58,079 nucleotides of DNA from Macrostomum lignano (lineage: Eukaryota), in the NCBI GenBank assembly GCA_002269645.1, contig NIVC01001895.1, positions 1 to 58,079 on the forward strand, given 5' to 3'. The notes beneath the pieces were generated by a model that searched no databases, was not told the DNA's origin, and saw only the letters and a list, made by a program, of their open reading frames with translations. Position 1 is the first letter of the stretch. Each line of letters opens with the position of its first letter. The translations under genes and the position numbers were made by a program. Shown here in pieces: positions 48,085 to 58,079 of this stretch.

Positions 48085-48715
48085 ATCCCCCTTCCTGAAG
48101 CATCTCAGTCACCCTGAGGACCGGCTATCCCCCTTCCTGAAGCACCCCAGTCACCCTGAGGACCGCTATCCCCCTTCCTGAAGCATCTCAGTCACCCTGA
48201 GGACCGGCTATCCCCCTTCCTGAAGCAGCACCTCCAGTCACCCTGAGGACCGGCTATCCCCCTTCCTGAAGCATCCCAGTCACCCTGAGGACCGGCTATC
48301 CCCCTTCCTGAAGCATCCCAGTCACCCCGAGGACCGCTATCCCCCTTCCTGAAGCATCTCAGTCACCCTGAGGACCGGCTATCCCTCTTCCTGAAGCAGC
48401 ACCTCCAGTCACCCTGAGGACCGGCTATCCCCCTTCCTGAAGCATCTCAGTCACCCTGAGGACCGGCCATCCCCCTTCCTGAAGCATCTCAGTCACCCTG
48501 AGGACCGGCTATCCCCCTTCCTGAAGCATCCCAGTCACCCTGAGGACCGGCTATCCCCTTCCTGAAGCAGCACCTTCAGTCACCCTGAGGACCGGCTATC
48601 CCCCTTCCTGAAGCAGCACCTCCAGTCACCCTGAGGACCGGCTATCCCCCTTCCTGAAGCAGCACCTCCAGTCACCCTGAGGACCGGCTATCCCCCTTCC
48701 TGAAGCATCTCAGTC
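48085..48715. repeat. About 42-45 bp minisatellite (CAGTCACCCTGAGGACCGGCTATCCCCCTTCCTGAAGCATCT), about 15 copies
   Basis: Directly visible. Confidence 0.95.
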
Positions 48716-49234
48716 CAGTGCTGAAGTTCCTTCACCTCAGCAGCCATCTACCCCCTCCCCCGAGTAAATACCGCATAAAAATGATGTTGGGTCTCTAATA
48801 AAAAGTTAACCGTCACACGTGCAGTCATGCAAACTTTTTTCACCTGCTTTGGTGTTAGCTATGCAGACATTGGTTCGTATTTTACTAACGTGTTGGTTCA
48901 CAGAGCTCCCTACACGTACGCAAAGTTTGCAGACTTGGAGCATGCTAGTTAGCTGCTATTTAATGTGTTGGCTTGAATTTCTTCATTTTTGGTAGAGTTT
49001 GGAGGGCTGCATTTTTTAATCACGTTCATATTTGCATTTTGAGCTGTCTGAGGTGTGTGCGGAAAAAATAGAATGTTCTAAAAAATGCACGGAAAGCCTA
49101 AGATGAAAACTAAGGCTGGGGCCTGTTCTGTAGGGAGAAAGGGTGCTCGCACATGTACCAACAAGTTTTACCGACTAAAATAAGGGAAATCTAAGAAATT
49201 TCTGGATATCTAAAATTCAGTATGTAATGAGACT

Positions 49235-50040
49235 TCTGAGAATCAGTGGATGATGATATTTCTAAGAATCAGTGAATTAATGAGGTTTCTGAGAATCAGT
49301 GGATGATGATATTTCTAAGAATCAGTGAATTAATGAGGTTTCTGAGAATCAGTGGATGATGATATTTCTAAGAATCAGTGAATTAATGAGGTTTCTGAGA
49401 ATCAGTGGATGATGATATTTCTAAGAATCAGTGAATTAATGAGGTTTCTAAGAATCAGTGAATGAATAAGGTTTCTAAGAATCAGTGAATGAATGAGGTT
49501 TCTAAGAATCAGTGGATGATAAGATTTCTAAGAATCAGTGGATGAGATTTCTGAGAATCAGCAGATGAGATTTCTGAGAATTTGAGGATGAGAGTTCTGA
49601 GAATCTGAGGATGTGATTTTGGATGATGAGATTTTTGAGAATCAGTAAATGAGATTTCTGAGAATGTTTGGTTGAAATTTCTGGGAATCAGTGAATGAGA
49701 TTTTAAAGAATCAGAGGATTTGATTTCTAAGAGTCAGTCAATGTGATTTCTTGAAAACTCTGGATGCTGTGATTTCTAAGAATCAGTTAATGGGTTTTTA
49801 AGAGTCACTGGAAAGAAACGATTTCTAAGAAACAGTGAATGATGAGGTTTCTAAGAATCAGGGGATGATGAGATTTCTAAGAATCAGGGGATGATGAGAT
49901 TTCTAAGAATCAGGGGATGATGAGATTCCTAAGAATCAGTATAACGAGATTTCTAAGAATATATGGTTGATGAGATTTCTAAGAATCAGTTCATGGGTTT
50001 CTAAGAGTCACTGGAAAGAAACGATTTCTAAGAATCAGTA
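49235..50040. repeat. 26-bp satellite (GATTTCTAAGAATCAGTGGATGATGA), degenerate array
   Basis: Same family as 52405-54850. Confidence 0.9.
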
Positions 50041-50133
50041 GAGTGAACATTGGACCGGAATGCAAAGCAGCAGTACCTTGCTCTATTGTTCCTACAAACC
50101 TACAAATGAGGACAAATCCCCCCCCCCTGGCAG

Positions 50134-50691
50134 GAGCATCGCAAGCTGCAGACGGCCCGCATGCTGCAGCTGGCCGCGGCGCCCGGTCGAGTTGAAATCT
50201 GGCGCGGCCGTCATTTCGCCAGCCACAAGCGACGTCGCGAGCTCGATTCCCCCGGCTGCGCTGTGCTGTATCCCAGCAGCGACTCGGTGCTAGCGGAGTC
50301 TCTGCCCCGCGGCAGCGTGACCACTCTGGTGGTCCTCGACGGCACCTGGCAGCAGGCCAGCGGGCTGCACTTTCACAACGACTTCCTGCACAAGCTGCCC
50401 CATATCCGGGTTGCCGCGCCCAACACCCCGTCAGCTTACGTGATTCGAACACAGCCAGATGTCGGCTGTCTGTGCACCGCTGAGGCTGCCGCCTTGGCTG
50501 TCGATGCGTTGGAGCACCGGTCAGACTGCCTTCCCGCCGTGCTGGGTCCCATCGAGGCCCTGTGCCGACACCAGCTGGCCTGGGGCGCCGTGCCGCACGC
50601 TGACAAGCGGACTAAGAAACGGCTTGAAGCTGAGGCTGCGGTGCTGGCAGCTGCGGCTGAGGAGGACAATCAGACTGGGGCCGGATTGTGA
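50134..50691 (+). CDS. DTWD2: DTWD2-like exon 2 (total about 243 aa)
   Basis: Acceptor CCCCTGGCAG, phase 0. Contains AVLYPS, VVLDGTW (DxTW motif) and YVIRTQP..LCTAEA. Confidence 0.92.
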   Translation, partial: EHRKLQTARMLQLAAAPGRVEIWRGRHFASHKRRRELDSPGCAVLYPSSDSVLAESLPRGSVTTLVVLDGTWQQASGLHFHNDFLHKLPHIRVAAPNTPSAYVIRTQPDVGCLCTAEAAALAVDALEHRSDCLPAVLGPIEALCRHQLAWGAVPHADKRTKKRLEAEAAVLAAAAEEDNQTGAGL

Positions 50692-50732
50692 TGGGGCAGA
50701 GGCTGGGCTGTTCTGTTTTTAGCAAATTAATG

Positions 50733-50968
50733 TCCCATTCTATTGGGGAAGCGGGCATTTCATAAATATCCCATTCTATTGGAGAAGCGGTCATTTCATA
50801 AATATCCCATTCTATTGGGGAAGCGGTCATTTCATAAATATCCCATTCTATTGGGGAAGCGGTCATCTCATAAATATCCCATTCTATTGGGGAAGCGGTC
50901 ATTTCATAAATATCCCATTCTATTGGGGAAGCGGTCATTTCATAAATATCCCATTCTATTGGGGAAGC
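50733..50968. repeat. 36-bp tandem repeat, about 6.5 copies, just after the DTWD2 stop
   Basis: Unit TCCCATTCTATTGGGGAAGCGGTCATTTCATAAATA. Confidence 0.95.
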
Positions 50969-51163
50969 CGCTGATTACTATAAAAGTTTGCTAAAAATCG
51001 GATTAAGTGCTTCAGAGGATTTGAGAGACTCCCCCAAATCTAAAGCTGATTAGATTTCCTATGAGCATTTTTTATTTTGGCTGCCATTTTTCTGTTTGCG
51101 TGAGTTGCGAATGCTGCTCCTGTCACTGGTTCTCGTATTGGCTCTGTGTGCTGCCTTGGCACC

Positions 51164-51610
51164 ATCACCCTCTCACCCTCTCTATCACCCTCTCACCCTC
51201 TCTATCACCCTCTCACCCTCTCTATCACCCTCTCACCCTCTCTATCACCCTCTCTATCACCCTCTCACCCTCTATATTACCCTCTCACCCTCTCTATCAC
51301 CCTCTCACCCTCTCTATCACCCTCTCACCCTCTCTATCACCCTCTCACCCTCTCTATCACCCTCTCACCCTCTCTATCACCCTCTCACCCTCTCTATCAC
51401 CCTCTTACCCTCTATATCACCCTCTCACCCTCTCTATCACCCTCTCACCCTCTCTATCACCCTCTCACCCTCTCTATCACCCTCTCACCCTCTATATCAC
51501 CCTCACCCTCTCTATCACCCTCTCACCCTCTCTATCACCCTCTCACCCTCTCTATCATCCTCTCACCCTCTATATCACTCTCTCACCCTCTATCACCCTC
51601 TCACCCTCTC
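51164..51610. repeat. CT-rich microsatellite (CACCCTCT/CACCCTCTCTAT)n
   Basis: Directly visible. Confidence 0.93.
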
Positions 51611-52404
51611 ATCTGTGCCAGTCTCTCCCATCTCTGCACACGTGTCGCAAAGTATTGTCGCCAATTAAAAGGATTTCTCCCAACTTGTTAATTTTTTTTG
51701 TCAAATTTGCAGCGATTTGTTTGTTAACTTGCTTGGAATATAAAATGGTCATATAATCTGAATAGAAGACACTATATTACTTGAGCTATTATGGCTTCTT
51801 TCTGCTTGAGACTGCGTGCTTCAAATGCAACAGTAATTGTGTGTTTCTATGCCCTTGTTTGATTAATTTTATTACTACCGTTATTCTCGTCACGGAACTG
51901 GATTAGGGTGGCAAAGGAGCTTGCCAGGGTCTAAGAGATTGACTTTTTATGCCACTTACTGATCTCGGGCAAAATGGATCCAGCTGTGTTGTCAATCATT
52001 TTCTTCCGCGGGTTGGAGACCCTCTGATAAGAGCAATTACAAGGAGGATTAACGTGTGGAGGGTTGTAACTTATAACTATGGGATAAAGCAGGGCACACT
52101 TGGGATACATGTAGTTCTGTTGAGACTTAATCGATCAGCAGTGTTTTCAATGAATTATAAATAGTCATCCATAGGTTAACACTGTTAAAGTCCTGAAAAC
52201 TTATAAGTTTTAGTTATGCAAACCTATAACCTATGTGTATAACCTATAAACCTATGTATTTGAGACCACAGATTTAGGGATAGAGCATTCCGTTGTGTGT
52301 TAGATGAGATTTCCATAAACCAGGGTAAGGGATTGAAATTTTTTAATTTTAAATTTTGAGGATTTGGCATGAGGAAGGCTCAGTGGGTGGTATTGTAAGA
52401 CTTC

Positions 52405-54850
52405 TAATAATCAGGGGATGATGATATTTCTAAGAATCAGAGGATGATGGGATTTCTAAGAATCAGTGGATGATGAGATTTCTAAGAATCAGGGGATGAT
52501 GAGATTTCTAAGAATCAGTGGATGATGAGATTTCTAAGAATTAGAAGATGATGCGATTTCTTAGAATCAGTGGATGATGCGATTTCTAAGAATCGGTGGA
52601 TGATGCGATTTCTAAGAATCTGTGGGTGATGAGATTTCTAAGAATCAGGGGATGATGAGATTTCTAAGAATCAGAGGATGATTGGATTTCTAAGAATCAG
52701 TGGATGATGCGATTTTTAAGAATCAGTGGATGATGAGATTTTTAGGAATCAGTGGATGATGACATTTCTAAGAATCAGGGGATGATGAGATTTCTAAGAA
52801 TCAGGGAATGATGAGATTTCTAAGAATCAGGGGATGATGAGATTTCTAAGAATCAGTGGATGATGAGATTTCTAAGAATCAGTGGATGATGCGATTTTTA
52901 AGAATCAGGGGATGATGAGATTTTTCGGAATCAGGGGATGATGAGATTTCTAAGAATCAGGGGATGATGAGATTTCTAAGAATCGGGGGATGATGAGATT
53001 TCTAAGAATCAGGGGATGATGAGATTTCTGAGAATCAGGGGATGATGAGATTTCTAAGAATCAGGGGATGATGAGATTTCTAAGAATCAGGGGATGATGA
53101 GATTTCTAAGAATAAGGGATGATGAGATTTCTTAGAATCAGTGGATGATGAGATTTCTAAGACTCAGTGGATGATGATATTTCTAAGAATCAGTGGATGA
53201 TGCGATTTTTAGGAATCAGGGGATAATGCGATTTTTAAGAATCAGGGGATGATTAGATTTCTAAGAATTAGGGGATGATGAGATTTCTAAGAATCAGTGG
53301 ATGATGAGGTTTCTAAGAATCAGGGGATGATGTGATTTCTAAGAATCAGGGATGATGAGATTTCTAAGAATCAGTGGATGATGAGGTTTCTAAGAATCAG
53401 GGGATGATGAGATTTCTAAGAATCAGTGGATGATGAGGTTTCTAAGAATCAGGGGATGATGAGATTTCTAAGAATCAGGGGATGATGAGATTTCTAAGAA
53501 TCAGTGGATGATGAGGTTTCTAAGAATCAGGGGATGATGAGATTTCTAAGAATCAGTGGATGATGAGATTTCTAAGAATTAGAAGATGATGCGATTTCTT
53601 AGAATCAGTGGATGATGCGATTTCTAAGAATCGGTGGATGATGCGATTTCTAAGAATCTGTGGGTGATGAGATTTCTAAGAATCAGGGGATGATGAGATT
53701 TCTAAGAATCAGAGGATGATTGGATTTCTAAGAATCAGTGGATGATGCGATTTTTAAGAAGCAGTGGATGATGAGATTTTTAGGAATCAGTGGATGATGA
53801 CATTTCTAAGAATCAGGGGATGATGAGATTTCTAAGAATCAGGGAATGATGAGATTTCTAAGAATCAGGGGATGATGAGATTTCTAAGAATCAGTGGATG
53901 ATGAGATTTCTAAGAATCAGTGGATGATGCGATTTTTAAGAATCAGGGGATGATGAGATTTTTAGGAATCAGGGGATGATGAGATTTCTAAGAATCAGGG
54001 GATGATGAGATTTCTAAGAATCAGGGGATGATGAGATTTCTAAGAATCGGGGGATGATGAGATTTCTAAGAATTGGGGGATGATAAGATTTCTAAGAATT
54101 AGTGGATGATGAGATTTCTAAGAATTAGAAGATGATGCGATTTCTTAGAATCAGTGGATGATGAGATTTCTAAGAATCAGGGGATGATGAGATTTCTGAG
54201 AATCAGGGGATGATGAGATTTCTAAGAATCAGGGGATGATGAGATTTCTAAGAATCAGGGGATGATGAGATTTCTAAGAATAAGGGATGATGAGATTTCT
54301 TAGAATCAGTGGATGATGAGATTTCTAAGAATCAGTGGATGATGATATTTCTAAGAATCAGGGATGATGAGATTTCTAAGAATAAGGGATGATGAGATTT
54401 CTTAGAATCAGTGGATGATGAGATTTCTAAGAATCAGTGGATGATGATATTTCTAAGAATCAGTGGATGATGCGATTTTTAGGAATCAGGGGATAATGCG
54501 ATTTTTAAGAATCAGGGGATGATTAGATTTCTAAGAATTAGGGGATGATGAGATTTCTAAGAATCAGTGGATGATGAGGTTTCTAAGAATCAGGGGATGA
54601 TGTGATTTCTAAGAATCAGGGATGATGAGATTTCTAAGAATCAGTGGATGATGAGGTTTCTAAGAATCAGGGGATGATGAGATTTCTAAGAATCAGTGGA
54701 TGATGAGGTTTCTAAGAATCAGGGGATGATGAGATTTCTAAGAATCAGGGGATGATGAGATTTCTAAGAATCAGTGGATGATGAGGTTTCTAAGAATCAG
54801 GGGATGATGAGATTTCTAAGAATCAGTGGATGACGAGGTTTCTAGGAATC
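52405..54850. repeat. 26-bp satellite, about 94 copies, with block duplications
   Basis: The variant AATTAGAAGATGATGCG recurs near 52540, 53579 and 54124. Confidence 0.96.
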
Positions 54851-55469
54851 AATGAATTAGATCAATAGAAACCCAATGTATTTGTACCTGCAGGAAAGGT
54901 TTGCAATACAGAAAAATTCGTTTTTATAGTCCTCAGCTATACGAATCCCCTTTGTAGTTCAACTTGCATATTCGTCATAGGAAAATATTTCAACAGCAAT
55001 TTCCCACTATGGAGCAGATATCATTAATCCTATGGAGAATTCATTTAAAATATTCTTTAATCCCCTTCCTAAGTGATGACAGGGAATTTCGTCGAAACAA
55101 AAATGGGGATAAGAGGGGATTTGCTTTGCAGGCTTGGCCAGGGTCGAAAGGGTTAAACAGATTGATTTTCTCTGGCCAGCCTGGCAAAAATGAGCAGTTG
55201 AATGAGGTCCGGCCTTGATTAGAATGCCAATTTCTCAGGCTGATTGTTTTAATATTCTAACTTATACTCTGCTATTAAATAGAAATTATGAGTACTTATT
55301 TTTACATGTGTTAGCCGCAGGAATTTGCAACGTCTGTGCATGCATTGGAATGATTCGGATATCATCGAATTTCATAACAACGTCTCGAATTTCACAAGAT
55401 GTCACAGATCCTACATGTATAAAATATAAGATAGTATCATTGTATTATCAGGATTCTGAAAAAATACCA

Positions 55470-56550
55470 TAGAATGTCACAGAATGCCATAAATGTCACA
55501 GAATGCCATAGAATGTCACAGAATACCATAGAATGTCACAGAATGCCATAGAATGTCACAGAATGCCATAGAATGTCACAGAATACCATAGAATGTCACA
55601 GAATGCCATAGAATGTCACAGAATGCCATAGAATGTCAAAAATGCCATAGAATGTCACAGAATACCATAGAATGTCACAGATTGCTACAGAATGTCACAG
55701 AATGCCATTGAATGTCACAGAATGCCATAAATGTCACAGAATGCCATACTATGTCACAAATTGCCACAGAATGTCACAGAATGCCATTGAATGTCACAGA
55801 ATGCCATAGAATGCAAAAATGCCATAGAATGTCACAAATGCCATAAAATGTCACAGATTGCCATAGAATGTCACAGAATGTCATAGAATGTCACAGAATG
55901 CCATTGAATGCAAAAATGTCATAGAATGTCACAGAATGCCATAGAATGTCACAGAATGCCATAAAATGTCACAGATTGCCATAGAATGTCACAGAATGTC
56001 ATAGAATGTCACAGAATGCCATTGAATGCAAAAATGTCATAGAATGTCACAGAATGCCATAGAATGTCACAGAATACCATAGAATGTCACAGATTGCTAC
56101 AGGATGTCACAGAATACCATTGAATGTCACAGAATGCCATAAATGTCACAGAATGCCATACTATGTCACAGATTGCCACAGAATGTCACAGAATGCCATA
56201 GAATGTCACAAATGCCATAAAATGTCACAGATTGCCATAGAATGTCACAGAATGTCATAGAATGTCACAGAATGCCATTGAATGCAAAAATGTCATAGAA
56301 TGTCACAGAATGCCATAGAATGTCACAGAATGTCATAGAATGTCACAGAATGTCATAGAATGTCACAGAATGCCATTGAATGCAAAAATGTCATAGAATG
56401 TCACAGAATGCCATAGAATGTCACAGAATGTCATAGAATGTCACAGAATGTCATAGAATGTCACAGAATGCCATTGAATGCAAAAATGTCATAGAATGTC
56501 ACAAAATGCCATAGAATGTCACAGAATGCCATAGAATGTCATAGAATGCC
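55470..56550. repeat. 20-bp minisatellite (CATAGAATGTCACAGAATGC) built of 10-bp subunits
   Basis: Directly visible. Confidence 0.95.
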
Positions 56551-57039
56551 CGCGCGTGTACTAAATGAAACTTTGGCAGTTAAGAAGACAAATAAGACGA
56601 TTGAATTGGAAAGTCTAATACATTAATTACTCAATGACCATAGTCTGAGGTGACATCCCAAACATCCCAAGCAGACGTGACAATAAAAGTGCAGCCAGAG
56701 TCAGGCAACTTTGGCCCGTGCAGTTTCTCTGCATAACTTTTCCACCCGAATTCGTTTGACTTTACGCTCGCCCGAGGCTAAAAACATCCCTTTTAACTTT
56801 GTATATCTCTCGCCCGCTGATTGAGTCGGTGCTGGCATGGGAGATCTTCTTGCGCGGCACATGCATGCAACTGCATGACTGCTTTCGAGCAAGCACTGCA
56901 GTTCGCCCAGTATGCGAGCGGTCTAATGAGACCGGCTTCAGTCTCGCTTGCTCATACCACACAGCTCAAAGTTCCGGCTTTGTTTTGTTTGTTTAAACTA
57001 GCTCTAATTCTAGCACGGTTTTAATTCTTGCCTCTGAAT

Positions 57040-57278
57040 TCGATCTTGGCGCCACAGCATTCTATCTTGGCGCCACTGCATTCGATCTTGGCGCCACTGC
57101 ATTCGATCTTGGCGCCACTGCATTCTATCTTCGCGCCACAGCATTCGATCTTGGCGCCACTGCATTCGATCTTGGCGCCACTGCATTCGATCTTGGCGCC
57201 ACTGCATTCGATCTTGGCGCCACTGAATTCGATCTTGGCGCCACTGCATTCTATCTTGGCGCCACTGCATTCTATCTG
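57040..57278. repeat. 21-bp minisatellite (ATCTTGGCGCCACTGCATTCG), about 11 copies
   Basis: Directly visible. Confidence 0.95.
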
Positions 57279-57744
57279 CTGAAATTATGCGACAAATTAA
57301 CTCTAATAATTGATTTTTATTGAGTACTATTCGTTAGGGAGTTTGGATCATAATTAAAAGTCGAAATTTATAAAAACACGAAATTCTTTTTTCGCAAGAT
57401 AAATACCCTTTAAAGCTAAAGCAGAATGTTTTTGCTGGTGGCCGGGGTTTTTGTGCGGAATACATTGGCGAGACAGCTGTTATTTTTCTCCAGTAAACAA
57501 TCCTGGATGGGGGATATCAAGTTAAAAATATCGCCTAATATTTACATATGGCTTACAATAAAGCAATAGCATGGCAGACACAAAATACTTGTTGAATGTG
57601 AGTAAATTGATAATAAAACAATTGTGAGTTTACTGCCTGCCTTCACAGCCTGTCATGCTCAAATTTGTGCAGTGTTAATCAGTGGCGAGAGCAGGAAATG
57701 TTTCTGGAAGATAATTGACACTTGGGGAGCCAATATTGGGTGCT

Positions 57745-58075
57745 CTGTCTCTTGGCGCCCCTGCCTCTTGTTGGGTGCCACTGTCTCTTGTTGGGCGCCC
57801 CTGTCTCTTGGCGCCCCTGTCTCTTTGTGGGCGCCCTTGTCTCTGGTGGGCGCCACTGTCTCTTGGTGGGTGCCCCTGTCTCTTGGTGGCGCCCCTGTCT
57901 CTTGGTGGTGCCCCTGTCTCTTGGTGGGCGCCCCTGCCTCTTGGTGGGTGCCACTGTCTGTAGGTGGGCGCCCCTGTTCTTGTGGGCGCCCCCTGTCTCT
58001 TGGTGGGCGCCCCTGTCTCTTGGTGGCGCGCCCCTGTCTCTTCTTGGGGCTCTTAGTTGGCGCCCCTGTCTCTTA
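57745..58075. repeat. About 17-20 bp GC-rich minisatellite (GGCGCCCCTGTCTCTTGGTG)
   Basis: Directly visible degenerate units. Confidence 0.9.
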
Positions 58076-58079
58076 GCGC

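Noticed and set aside
51096-51668. Signal-peptide-like ORF (MLLLSLVLVLALCAALA) followed by His/Pro/Ser repeats
   Set aside because: All three frames are open only because of a CT microsatellite. No other support, although a short real exon cannot be fully excluded.
55140-55160. piggyBac-like right end (..AAAGGGTTAA)
   Set aside because: No matching left end or transposase found in the window.

Overview
Repeat-rich metazoan genomic DNA, not prokaryotic: it has GT-AG spliced genes, LINEs, a SINE, Gypsy and DNA transposons, and about 25 tandem arrays. The style resembles the flatworm Macrostomum lignano, but this is an unverified inference. Most long ORFs in the supplied track are satellite artefacts. 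Main finding: a six-exon gene hidden between satellites (23325-37674, +, about 467 aa, all splice phases compatible). It encodes a clear homologue of the proton-activated chloride channel PAC (PACC1/TMEM206), a family studied almost only in vertebrates. The anion-selectivity Lys and the ectodomain disulfide appear conserved, while several proposed pH-sensor residues do not. Other genes: an intronless EF-hand rhomboid protease cluster (two intact copies, a 5' stub and a 3' fragment; the two copies differ sharply in one 64-bp patch), a two-exon DTWD2-like tRNA acp3U transferase, and a possible small spliced orphan gene. Mobile DNA: two decayed Gypsy elements, a hAT MITE with perfect TSD, two RTE-like LINE ends, a tRNA/CORE-like SINE, a deleted mariner, a nested pair of TIR elements and a 30-bp TIR-only remnant. 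Comparisons to human proteins use sequences recalled from memory and need database confirmation.
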